NCBI RefSeq assembly: GCF_001194135.2
Contig: NC_068999.1
Coordinates: 52,953,337-53,017,336, forward strand
From: Octopus bimaculoides
Taxonomy: Eukaryota
Direction of reading: 5' to 3'
Length of the DNA stretch: 64,000 nt
Position numbers and translations under genes: made by a program. The notes beneath the pieces were generated by a model. That model saw only the letters and a program-made list of their open reading frames with translations. It did not search any database and was not told where the DNA came from. The first letter of the stretch is position 1; every line of letters begins with the position of its first letter. This document shows positions 13,435 through 26,178 of this stretch, piece after piece.

Positions 13435-14420
13435 GTAAGCAAAGAAAAACAAAAAAACAACAGAAATTTAAATAACAATAATAAAAAAAAATACAATGAT
13501 TAACAAGGGACAATATATTAAAATAAATAAACGATAGTAAATTCATGGGACATTATTGAAAAATAAACAACAAATATTTATTAAAAAGCAATATTTTTTC
13601 ATTTAAAAATAAACAACATAAAAGATATGTTATTCTCGCGAGATTTCCGCCTTTATAGAAATATTGTTTCCACATCAAGAATTAATCGTATCTCTGTATT
13701 GCCGCAAGAGAATGTACTCTGTGTATTGTATTCACATTCTGCATTCGCAGTTAACCGTAAATAATTCCTTTGCTAATAGATTCTTCAATGTTTTTTTAAT
13801 CTTTTACGTTAATTGTGTAAAACTGTCCTCTTATGCTTACTATTATTTTAAACTCCCACTGGGGACAGTTTCGTCTAAACAATATTTTAACCTCAACGTT
13901 TATAAAGACACTCCCATATAATTTTTTCATTCAAATATTTGCTACTCTTACTTTCGCTAAAACACGAATTTCAACATTTTTGTTTAGAAATACGGTTCTT
14001 AAATAATATCGCTTTCTTTTTTATTTTGCTTCTTCTTCGTTTGATTTTCACATTTAACTTTTTACATAACCACATTTTAATCTCTCTTATTCTGCAACAG
14101 TGTTGTTTTCTTTGAGTGATTTTTTGCTTGATTAAAGATAAACGGAGCCTAAAATGTCACTCCTTAAACTTCAGTTGAAGACACTTACTTCAATTTGCTT
14201 GCTGCTTTAGTTTTTATTAATAGTACTTTTTTTTATATATATCTTTCTGCTATATATTATTTACATTAAAAACCAAATGTTGCAAATTGTTGGGCGGCAG
14301 GAACTAAGCCAGCAATGCAGAAATAAACCTTTGCGTCTGAGATTTTCAAAACTTTTTACTACATTGTTGACACACCTCAAAAAATTTTGGGCGACGCATT
14401 ACTTAATAATAGACCTAACG

Positions 14421-14547
<127 letters not shown>

Positions 14548-14580
14548 GTGAGTGTGTGATGTGTGTATGCGTGTATATAC

Positions 14581-14616
<36 letters not shown>

Positions 14617-14832
14617 GGCAAATAAGAAAACGAAGAGGATATAAAGTCGACATACATTACCCAGTAGACATTCAAGTATGTCTATTTATTCAATTGTAAA
14701 GGAAGAATACACACACACATGTATGAGTTATACAGATTATCGAGTGGAAAAAGCAGGTAACTGCACAGACAAGGTTGTGAATACATATAAGTATATAGAA
14801 CAAATGAGCAGCTGAGCAAATGAGCAATATAT

Positions 14833-14867
<35 letters not shown>

Positions 14868-15317
14868 NNNNNNNNNNNNNNNNNNNNNNNNNNNNNNNNN
14901 NNNNNNNNNNNNNNNNNNNNNNNNNNNNNNNNNNNNNNNNNNNNNNNNNNNNNNNNNNNNNNNNNNNNNNNNNNNNNNNNNNNNNNNNNNNNNNNNNNNN
15001 NNNNNNNNNNNNNNNNNNNNNNNNNNNNNNNNNNNNNNNNNNNNNNNNNNNNNNNNNNNNNNTATATATATATGTGTGTGTGTATAAATATATATGAATG
15101 TATATGCATACATACATACACACATATATATGTATGTATGTATATATATATATATATATATATCTATATATATCTATAAGCGGAGAGTTAACTCTCCGCC
15201 GCTTATACCTTTGGTATTAGAGTACTATTTTTTCTACCTTTGGTATTCGAGTACTATTTTTCCATCTTTTGTTGCACTTATGTGCTTACTTATGTGTGTG
15301 TGTCTGTATGTGTGTGT

Positions 15318-15360
<43 letters not shown>

Positions 15361-15540
15361 CGCGTGTGTATACATCGAAACTTAAATAAAAATAAGTTTG
15401 TATTCTCTGTGTGTAAATATAAACGTATTCGCGTATATGTGTGTGTGCGCACGTGTGTAAATAGGAAGATATATATGTATATATATAGATATATATACAT
15501 ACACGCGCGTGCGCATAGACACACATACATACTCATACAT

Positions 15541-15588
<48 letters not shown>

Positions 15589-15687
15589 TAATGATGCACA
15601 GATATTAGTACATATGTCCCTGAACGCAAGTTATGAATTTAAACAGATAAAAAGATAGTGGGGAGAAGCGAGGAACGGAGAGAAAAA

Positions 15688-15754
<67 letters not shown>

Positions 15755-16463
15755 TGTGTGTGTGTGTGTATGTGCGTGTGTGTGTGTGTGTGCATGAGAG
15801 AAAGATAAAAAGCATAGAGAGAAACTGGTGGAGGGATAAAGCAAAGAATTAGCGAAGCAGTAAGAAATGCACCAATTACCCAGCAGACAACTGTGGATCA
15901 CTTGGAGAGTACAAGAGGTCTGTTATTAGCAGTTTGGCACCAACGAGCAGAATTATTTTCAAGACTATAATCAAACGGAGAGGAAAGAAAAAATCTTTGG
16001 CGCAAAATGCAAATTTTCCACCAGCGTGTAGGGCCGAACAACATGTAATCTCATTAGCATATATGTGTATGTGTGTGTGTATGTGTGTGTGTGTGTGTGT
16101 GTGTGTAAGTATGTATGTGAATGTGTGTGTATATGTGTGTGTATATGTGTTTGTGTAAATATGCATATATATATATATATATATATATATGTGTTTATGT
16201 ATCCATGTATGAAGTAGGTATGTATACGAAATATATACTGTACAAACTGGCATACATACATATATACATGCATACACACACAAGCATCCATTCATACAAG
16301 CATATATGCATACATACACAGATATATTGTGTACATAAATACACAATATAAACTTTATATAAATATTATACACCATTTTGCATGCACGTTATTAATTTCT
16401 AATTTTTTATATTATTATTATTATCATTAGTTTTTGTTCTTGTTATTATTATTATTATTATTA

Positions 16464-16534
<71 letters not shown>

Positions 16535-16623
16535 TTCAATAGTAGTAGTAGTAGTCGTAGTAATTTTATTACTTATCTATTCGGATCAAAATAGCTGGAA
16601 AACAAAGTTTTGCTGAATAACAC

Positions 16624-16728
<105 letters not shown>

Positions 16729-16911
16729 TCTCTTTCTCTCTCTCTCTCTCCTTTCCGCTGTGTCTCTGTCACTCTCTGTTTCTCACTACACACCATACAC
16801 ATACACAAACATACACATAAACACACATACACGCACACAGATACCATATTACCTGCATTTCCACTCTCACTATTTCTGTCTCTCTTTCTCTCTTCCACAT
16901 CTCTTCTCTCT

Positions 16912-16972
<61 letters not shown>

Positions 16973-17348
16973 AATCTATCTATCTATATTTATGTTTCTA
17001 ACAATGTACAAAATATAAAATATAAAACAGAAAATACGAGCAAATATGGCGGAAAAGTATATTTTGGCATCATAACAAGACAGCTAAATAAATATCTTTA
17101 AACCTCCTTTACCAAAAATAAATCTACAAACCAAGAAAAATAGTAACAAGATTTTATTGGTTAAATTATCTTTGACGATCAGTTTTAGCAAGAATAATAT
17201 ATTTTCTTTCTGGAAGCGGAAACGACTCCTCACTGTATAAGATATCTACAGCTCCTCACACTATCTTAGAAATGTTATGCTCGAATATAACGAAGACGCT
17301 TGCTTGTTGGACTCTGGATGTAGGAGCACATCAGTGTAGCACTACCCC

Positions 17349-17379
<31 letters not shown>

Positions 17380-17428
17380 GTCGTCGTCGTCGTCGTCGTC
17401 TTCGTCGTCGTCGTCTTCGTCGTCGTCG

Positions 17429-17477
<49 letters not shown>

Positions 17478-17532
17478 TATCATCATCATCATCGTCAATA
17501 TTTTCATTATTCTTATTCTTATTATTATTATC

Positions 17533-17737
17533 GAAGGCGGCAAGCGGGTAGATTCGTTACCCCTCCGGGCCAAATTCTTAGCGGCATTTGTTCTATCTTT
17601 ATGTTCTGAGTTCAAATTCCGCCGAGGTCGACTTTGCCTTTCATCTTTTCGCGACGGATGAAAATAAGTACTAGTCGATCTAATCGATTAGCCCACTTCC
17701 CCAAAATTTCAGACCTTGTGCCTATAGTAGAAAGGAT
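17533..17737 (+). mobile_element. SINE family B, full length
   Basis: AAGGCGGCAAGCGGGTAG head, GAGTTCAAATTCC B-box, CGAGGTCGACTTTGCCTTTCATC core and GTGCCTATAGTAGAAAGG 3' end, followed by an (ATT)n tail. Confidence 0.9.
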
Positions 17738-17925
<188 letters not shown>

Positions 17926-18763
17926 AGTAGTCTTATTTTTCATCTGGTACTGCAAATGTATTGTGGGATATTGCATTGTTGTAAGAGGGGAGCCCAGAAA
18001 AATATTGAAACTTGTAGCCTGTCATAGAAATCTAGAATTTATGGCACTGTTCTCAGATGAAATTCTTTCGAGGTTTACTATGTCTATCTTTTCTACAGCA
18101 CAATAAATCAAGCACCAGTAATGTACTGGGGTTCATTTAATCTAGCAGAACTCATCGCTTCAGATTTATGGATGTGTGTAATGTAGAGAAAGAAATCATT
18201 ACGTAAAGAAAGTGTTAGAATATATATATAACGTAGAGATCAGAGAAACTGTTTGGTGGGATTAAACAAAGCTAAATGAATTTGCGATGAATGAAATAGA
18301 AGAGACAAAAATACGAACGATATATAAAGATTGAATGACAGAATTGAACAAAGGAGAAAAGAAGAAAATCAGAGAGAAAAGAAAAGAATGAAAGAGAACG
18401 GCAAAGAGAAGATATGAGAGAAAATAGGAGAATGGGAAACTAAGTAAAAATGAAATTGAAAGAAAAAACTAAGACAAAGTATGAGAAAAACAAATGAGAT
18501 AAACTGATAAATATACGAAAACCTTGAAAAGACGTAAATAGATAAGGAGGAGAGTGAGAAGGAGGAGAAGGACGACGAGGGGAGGAGGAAGACAAGGAGA
18601 GGAAGATGAGATCGAGGAGAGGAGGAAGAGATGTATATTGAGGGAGTTACAAAGATAAGAAAATTAAAGGAAACGAAAGACAGATGAAACAAAAAAAGGA
18701 AAAGGATAACCGTAACCACAAACCAAACTAAAGAAATAACTCAAAAGAAAAGAGAAAGAATTA

Positions 18764-18810
<47 letters not shown>

Positions 18811-19984
18811 ATAAGACATTGAAATAAGGAAAGGATGCGAAAGAAAAGATACGAAAGGAGAGAAGCGAAAGGAAGACAAAGACAATACAAAAGACTCATA
18901 TGAAAGAAAAAAGTGACTCGTTTTACAAAAGCCATCATCTGAATGAAACAAAGCAAAAAGAAGAAGAAGAAGTAGAACAAGAAGACACGAGTGGACAGTG
19001 ATGAGAAGAAAGCCGATCGCGGATTACTTTATACCTTTGCGCTATTCTTCCTTCACTGCACATTTGTTTGCGGTGGGCCATTTTGTCTTAACTTGTTTGT
19101 CCCGGAAGAGCGGAAAATAAATAAATAGATATATAAATGAAAATAATTGTGAATGCATAATGTACTTAATGTACCGAAATACATACATATTTACGCACGT
19201 ACATATATATTTCTATATGAGAATGTGATCATGTTTGTGTGTGATTATTATATATATATATTTACACATACATAAATACATACATATATATTTACATTTA
19301 TGTCTGTGTGTGTGTCTCTCTCTCTGTATATATATATATATATATATNNNNNNNNNNNNNNNNNNNNNNNNNNNNNNNNNNNNNNNNNNNNNNNNNNNNN
19401 NNNNNNNNNNNNNNNNNNNNNNNNNNNNNNNNNNNNNNNNNNNNNNNNNNNNNNNNNNNNNNNNNNNNNNNNNNNNNNNNNNNNNNNNNNNNNNNNNNNN
19501 NNNNNNNNNNNNNNNNNNNNNNNNNNNNNNNNNNNNNNNNNNNNNNNNNNNNNNNNNNNNNNNNNNNNNNNNNNNNNNNNNNNNNNNNNNNNNNNNNNNN
19601 NNNNNNNNNNNNNNNNNNNNNNNNNNNNNNNNNNNNNNNNNNNNNNNNNNNNNNNNNNNNNNNNNNNNNNNNNNNNNNNNNNNNNNNNNNNNNNNNNNNN
19701 NNNNNNNNNNNNNNNNNNNNNNNNNNNNNNNNNNNNNNNNNNNNNNNNNNNNNNNNNNNNNNNNNNNNNNNNNNNNNNNNNNNNNNNNNNNNNNNNNNNN
19801 NNNNNNNNNNNNNNNNNNNNNNNNNNNNNNNNNNNNNNNNNNNNNNNNNNNNNNNNNNNNNNNNNNNNNNNNNNNNNNNNNNNNNNNNNNNNNNNNNNNN
19901 NNNNNNNNNNNNNNNNNNNNNNNNNNNNNNNNNNNNNNNNNNNNNNNNNNNNNNNNNNNNNNNNNNNNNNNNNNNNNNNNNNNN

Positions 19985-20017
<33 letters not shown>

Positions 20018-22063
20018 CATACATACATACATGGTCAGGGTCAGGGTTAGTATTGCTACTTTAAAGAAGGGAGAAACTTTTCAATGATAAAAATTATTAA
20101 TCAGCTGAAAACACACCGGAAGTTTGTCGTCGCCATATTTTGTGTTTGTATATGTGATTTAGTCTCCATGTCACATGTATCCATTTTTTTTTTCTTGTTT
20201 GTCAATATTTAACTGTCAGACGAAGCTTGAGTCCCAATACACGCATACATATATAGAAACCTAGACACAATCAAACATACACTTACATATTGATACACAC
20301 ACACACATGCATATATGTGTGTATGTAAAAGTGTGTTCGTGGTACGTACGTGCAAGTGTACTTAGGAAGTTCTGAGGTCAATAAAATAACCAGAGGTCAA
20401 TAAAATAACCAGAGGTCAATAAAATTAACTAAACCTTCAGAGCAAGGACTCCAACATGGCTGCAACAATCTATTGACTGAAAATAGTTAAAAATACACGA
20501 GTAATACACTGTATGGTATACAATACAATATAATGCACAATACAGTATATTCTAAAATATTATGTAGCACAATAGCAATACAATATAATAGAATATAAAA
20601 CACATAATGTAATAAAATCCACTCGGTAAATGCTACAACTGCTCCAACAGGCATCATATATCTAAAGTAAATAGCTTACAATCTATCACTAGTTATCGAT
20701 CACTTACATTAGTTCCGTACATGCTCAATCACTGACCACTAATGGCTTGTGACGTTACTCTGTGTGCTTAATAAACAAACACCGGAACGTCAATCAATCC
20801 CAGAGAGCATTACACATAAGTTCATAAACATGCAGACAGAGAGAAAGAAAGAAGGGCGTAAGTTATATATATATATATNNNNNNNNNNNNNNNNNNNNNN
20901 NNNNNNNNNNNNNNNNNNNNNNNNNNNNNNNNNNNNNNNNNNNNNNNNNNNNNNNNNNNNNNNNNNNNNNNNNNNNNNNNNNNNNNNNNNNNNNNNNNNN
21001 NNNNNNNNNNNNNNNNNNNNNNNNNNNNNNNNNNNNNNNNNNNNNNNNNNNNNNNNNNNNNNNNNNNNNNNNNNNNNNNNNNNNNNNNNNNNNNNNNNNN
21101 NNNNNNNNNNNNNNNNNNNNNNNNNNNNNNNNNNNNNNNNNNNNNNNNNNNNNNNNNNNNNNNNNNNNNNNNNNNNNNNNNNNNNNNNNNNNNNNNNNNN
21201 NNNNNNNNNNNNNNNNNNNNNNNNNNNNNNNNNNNNNNNNNNNNNNNNNNNNNNNNNNNNNNNNNNNNNNNNNNNNNNNNNNNNNNNNNNNNNNNNNNNN
21301 NNNNNNNNNNNNNNNNNNNNNNNNNNNNNNNNNNNNNNNNNNNNNNNNNNNNNNNNNNNNNNNNNNNNNNNNNNNNNNNNNNNNNNNNNNNNNNNNNNNN
21401 NNNNNNNNNNNNNNNNNNNNNNNNNNNNNNNNNNNNNNNNNNNNNNNNNNNNNNNNNNNNNNNNNNNNNNNNNNNNNNNNNNNNNNNNNNNNNNNNNNNN
21501 NNNNNNNNNNNNNNNNNNNNNNNNNNNNNNNNNNNNNNNNNNNNNNNNNNNNNNNNNNNNNNNNNNNNNNNNNNNNNNNNNNNNNNNNNNNNNNNNNNNN
21601 NNNNNNNNNNNNNNNNNNNNNNNNNNNNNNNNNNNNNNNNNNNNNNNNNNNNNNNNNNNNNNNNNNNNNNNATGAACCGGAAATGAAAACATCATTACAT
21701 TTTACAAAGGGAAGTTGTTGCGCAAATAGAATATCAAAGATTGCATGTTGTAGTGTGAATGCTTTTGTGCGTGTGTGTGTGTGCGTGTGTGTGTGTGTGT
21801 GTGCGTGTGTTTGTGCGTGTGTGTGTGTGTGAGTGTGAGTGTGTGTCTATGAGTGTGTGTGAGTGTGTGTGTGTGTATTCATGTATGTGTATATATGTGT
21901 GCACGTGAGCCTGTGTATGTGTGTGCATGTTCGTGTATGTTCATGTATGTATATGTGTTTGTGTGAGAGTGTGTATGCACGTGAGTGTCTGTGTGTGTGT
22001 GTGTGTATGCGTATGTGTGTGTGTGTGTGTGCGTGCGTGTGTATTCACGCTTCTTCCTATTAG

Positions 22064-22153
22064 TTGAAGTTCTTAACAGATTCAAAGACCGATCACTAAC
22101 AGTCAAAGGTTTTAAGGTCTTTCATGCTTGGATGAAGGCAGTTCAAGATACTT
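22064..22153 (+). CDS. Candidate internal coding exon (xEVLNRFKDRSLTVKGFKVFHAWMKAVQDT)
   Basis: Acceptor ttcacgcttcttcctattag| and donor T|gtgcgt. 90 nt of unique sequence between (GT)n tracts, phase 1-1. Joined to 13330-13434 it reads ..LHDPRV-I-EVLNRFK.. with no stop. Confidence 0.55.
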
Positions 22154-22743
22154 GTGCGTGTGTGTATGTGTGCGTGTGTTAGAGAGAGAGAGTTAATGTG
22201 CATATGTGTGTCTTTGTGTGTGTGTGTCACTACTTGCGCGCGCGCGTGAATATAATGTGTGCGAATACAGGTACGTGCATATATGAGTGCGAATAGAAAT
22301 ATTTGACTGTGCGTGTGCAACGTGTGCAAGTCCAGTGCATGTACACTCGACATGCATGTATATATATAAGCTCATGTCCATGTACGTGTATATATATATA
22401 TATATATATATATNNNNNNNNNNNNNNNNNNNNNNNNNNNNNNNNNNNNNNNNNNNNNNNNNNNNNNNNNNNNNNNNNNNNNNNNNNNNNNNNNNNNNNN
22501 NNNNNNNNNNNTTTTTCACTCCCGTTCTTCAAAGATTTCAAGAGGCACAACTACCGCTGCCTTACTCCGCTCAAATTTGATAAATTTTTTGCCTTGAACT
22601 AATTCTTTATTTTTTCCATCCAACGCTAACAGAAACTTTTCTATTCTATGAACTAGCCGCGTCAGAAAAGGTCTTTGATTCGTTGCTGGTGATGTTGGCG
22701 TCGTTCAGATTTCCACTGGTTTTATTGCTGCTGTTGTTGTTGC

Positions 22744-22774
<31 letters not shown>

Positions 22775-22844
22775 GGTGGTGGTGGTATGTTGCCGTTGCT
22801 TTTTTTTCTCTGGTGCCCTTGTTCATGTTGTCCATGCATGGGTA

Positions 22845-22990
22845 CTTATTTATGTCAGGTCGCTCGGAAGCGCTACTGGCAACATGTGACCCAATTCTTG
22901 TTGCAACGCTGGGTTTCGTTGGCGCGTAGGTGAACCGGATGGAATCACACCAGCACCGGTTGTCAAGCGGCGATGGGGGACAAACACAGA

Positions 22991-23029
<39 letters not shown>

Positions 23030-23180
23030 TCATAGATACATATACATACGGCAGGCTTCTTTCAGTTTCAGTCTACCCGAGGCTGTAGAGTAGAAGGTGC
23101 CAAGGTGACACGAGGTGGGACTGAACCCGGAACCATGTGGTTGGGAAGCAAGCTTCTTATCACACAGCCACACCTGTGCC
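22845..23180 (-). mobile_element. SINE family A, near full length, with an internal (GT)n microsatellite
   Basis: On the - strand: head CACAGGTGTGGCTGTGTGATAAGAAGC..GGTTCCGGGTTCAGTCCC, then GAAACTGAAAGAAGCCTGCCG, (GT)n, and TGTTTGTCCCCCATCGCCGCTTGACAACCGG 3' half. Confidence 0.85.
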
Positions 23181-23226
23181 TATATATATAGATGTGTGTG
23201 TGTGTGTGTGTGTGTATGTAGTGTGT

Positions 23227-23307
<81 letters not shown>

Positions 23308-23334
23308 ACTTCTACACAATTTGCGTTCCCCAGA

Positions 23335-23460
23335 TTCGCTAAGAAAACATTGGTCGACCCAGAGCTGTAGTACCAGTCACTTGTCCAAGGTGCTGCGCGG
23401 TGGAATTGAACCACGTGATTGCTAAGCGTTCTTCTTAACCACGCAATCCTGCCTGCACTT
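23335..23460 (-). mobile_element. SINE family A head, diverged second copy
   Basis: CACTTGTCCAAGGTGCTGCGCGGTGGAATTGAACC..AACCACGCAATCCTGCCTGC is the reverse complement of the family A head. Confidence 0.6.
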
Positions 23461-24054
23461 ATATAAACAAATATCCATTAACCAGTATGTGTAGTATGCC
23501 GTTAAATGTGCGTGTGCGGTGCTGCGCGCGCATATTATGTTAGATGTGAACTTGTATGATACGCTTAGGCATTTAATACACGAATTAAATTTATCTGTTG
23601 GCCTCTAATAGTTCTTCTCCTTTCAAGCAACATAGGAACCAAACATGAATGCGCAATTTAATAATAGCATAATAACCGAACTTGCACGAAGTTGCACGAT
23701 GTTCAACGGTGTTTTACGATGTTTCGGTATTGTTTCACGATGTTTTACGATTGCATGTGCAATAATTGGATTATGTGTGAATTAGGGAACATAGCTCTGA
23801 AATGTTTTCAATACAAACGTTTATCGATTTATCGATGTTTATAATACTGTTATTTATCCCTTCACAATTACGAAACACGGCCAAATGATGGAACTCCTAC
23901 GTGGTCGCTACATATGCTGAAAATAGCGGCCAAACCTCCCACAAATTATAACCAAAGAAAATATAGATTAGATACGAAAAAAATCATATGGGTGTTTGTG
24001 TGTATGTGTGTGTGTATGCATGTGAGTGTGTGTGCGCGCGCGTGAGTGTCTACA

Positions 24055-24235
24055 TGTGTGTTTGTGTTTGTATTTGCCGGTGTTGGTTTGTTTACGTCCC
24101 CATAAGTTAGCCATTTCGACAAAAGAAACCAATAGATGGCTTAAAGTAAGCACTGGTGTCTATTTGTTCGAATGAACCCTGGAGGCTTTGCGCCTGCATA
24201 GTCGTAGTCCAATGGCAGAAACAAGTAAAATGCAC
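24055..24235 (+). mobile_element. SINE family A 3' half
   Basis: GGTGTTGGTTTGTTTACGTCCCCATAAGTTAGC..AAAAGAAACCAATAG..GAAACAAGTAAAA, preceded by a GT-rich tract. Confidence 0.7.
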
Positions 24236-24649
24236 ATGACTTAAATACAACTGCAAGCGAATTAGAGAAGCGAATTGTATGGGTACTCTAATACTATAAA
24301 TTATAATCCTGTAATAAATTTATTGCATTATAACCTGCAGGATAATGTCGAAATGAGTGTTTATGTAGTGAAAAGGTCAAAGGATATTGGAATTAATGAA
24401 GAAGATAAAAGGAATAGATATCTATGAAAACAGCAGGCTGTTTCGTAGGGAGTTATTGTAACAGCATAAATAATTGGTTTAATTTAATTATATGGGCTTT
24501 ATGAGAATTTAGGATGGCTATGGGTAGATATAAAAAGAAATGGGTAATATATGTGAGTAGAATATGACCTAATATTGGATTTAAATAGAAGTGGTATAAG
24601 ACGTATTTTGCAAGATGTAATATTGATATGGTTTTCTTATGAATACAAT

Positions 24650-24810
24650 AGGCGCAGGCGTGGCTCTGTGGTAAGAAGCTTAGCCCCACTGTGTGGCAGC
24701 TTTGGGCGAGTGTTTTCTACTATAGCCTCGAGCCGATCAAGGTCTTGTGAGTGGATTTGGCAGACAGAAACTGAAACAAGCCCGTCGTATATATATATAT
24801 ATATATATGG
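24650..24810 (+). mobile_element. SINE family A head with an internal deletion of the B-box region
   Basis: GGCGCAGGCGTGGCTCTGTGGTAAGAAGC..CTACTATAGCCTCGAGCCGATC..GAAACTGAAACAAGCCCGTCG, then (TA)n. Confidence 0.8.
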
Positions 24811-24829
24811 TCTTTGGATATATTTTTTC

Positions 24830-25250
24830 CAAATTTGAAATAAGGCTCGCAGTTTTGGAGGCGGGAGCCAAGACGGTTACATCGACCCCAGTGTTCAACT
24901 TGTACTTATTTTATCGACCCCGAAAGGATGAAAGGCAAAGTCAATCTCGGCGGAATTTGAATTTTGCTCACCATCTTACTAGTGGTGGGGGGTGGGGGTG
25001 AGACGTGAAACATAAACTGACCTCGGCGTGATTTGAAATTAGAGAGATTCTGCTGACTCACTGCTTATAGAGAAAAATGTATAATGAAATCATTATTTAT
25101 GCTTGTATGTGTGTGTATGTATGTACTTATATATGTATGTCTGTTTGTGAGTGAGTGTTTCTGTAAATACTCAGAACGTAAAGACGGAAAAAATGCCACT
25201 AAGCATCTCGTCCGGTACGCTAGCGATTCTGCCAGATCGCTGCCTCCCGC
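24830..25250 (-). mobile_element. SINE family B split by a ~200-bp insertion
   Basis: The 3' part (24830-24960) ends at CGGAATTTGAA and the head resumes at CTCAGAACGTAAAGACGG (25168-25250). Confidence 0.75.
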
Positions 25251-25886
25251 CCTCGAATATATTAAGCGGCGTTCATACTGTCGTAGGCATTCCAGTATGG
25301 TCTCTGATATCGGACTGCATCCCCTCCTACCAGTGTTGGAGGCCTTGAAAAATAAGGGGTTTGTGTGCGCTGCCCTTCTTTCCCCGGACGAACAGCAAAA
25401 CGAAAATTGTAAAATAAGCAATATTCTTGCTAATAAACACGTGATGGTAAAAGACGCCTAATAGCCATAACATGAAATCGAAACCAGGTCATCAATAAAG
25501 CTCATTGGGTGTCGGTGATTTGTACCAATCTATAACGGCTTCATGACTCCTGTATCCGCACACCAAACCATCTCAGTAACTACGATATTACTTTTCAACA
25601 ATTACTGTATCATTACTACTTTAAGACTGTTATCCTAAATGTTTAAATTAATGCAGCATTAAAGCTTATATTTTCATTTGCGTGAGGATCTTTACGTCTC
25701 AATGGAAAAGCTCGTAATGGGTTGTAATGGATTGGAGTGGGTTAAATTTGACTCTCTCCTTGATTTATGGAGCTCGTTAATGTATTTAACGTATTCGGTT
25801 GGGTAGTTTCCACGATTAATGGGATTGCGTAACTGATTTCCTGTAAGTTTGATGTCTATACATGTGTGTATATATATGCATGTGTG

Positions 25887-26178
25887 GAGGCGCAATGGCC
25901 CAGTGGTTAGGGCAGCGGACTCGCGGTCATAGGATCGCGGTTTCGATTCCCAGACTGGGCGTTGTGAGTGTTTATTGAGTGAAAACACCTAAAGCTCCAC
26001 CAGGCTCCGGCAGGCGATGGTGGCGAACCCTGCTGTACTCTTCCACCACAACTTTCTCTCACTCTTACTTCCTGTTTCTGTTGTACCTGTAATTCAAAGG
26101 GCCAGCCCTGTCACACTATGTCACGCTGAATATCCCCGAGAACTACGTTAAGGATACACGTGTCTGTGGAGTGCTCAG
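25887..26178 (+). mobile_element. SINE family D, young-looking tRNA-derived element
   Basis: Head GGAGGCGCAATGGCCCAGTGGTTAGGGCAGCGGACTCGCGG..GGTTTCGATTCCC with A- and B-box-like motifs, followed by a ~220-bp non-tRNA body. Confidence 0.85.

Noticed and set aside
15880-16050. mariner or RTE coding fragment
   Set aside because: Weak resemblance to both a mariner YSPD motif (- strand) and an RTE C-terminus (+ strand). Neither is convincing without a search.
18080-18180. Exon after a strong acceptor tcttttctacag
   Set aside because: The sequence resembles a decayed SINE B tail/core. Similar isolated acceptors at 26256, 31547, 55328 and 63086 lead to early stops or lack donors.
20374-20425. Novel 19-bp minisatellite (GAGGTCAATAAAATAACCA x3)
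   Set aside because: It looks like local slippage of a SINE core motif (GGGGTCGATAAAATAAGTACCA-like) next to a SINE A tail remnant.
25887-25960. tRNA gene
   Set aside because: It has A/B boxes but no proper acceptor stem or oligo-T terminator, and it continues into a SINE body. It is a SINE head, as are the similar motifs at 6303, 49253 and 56700.
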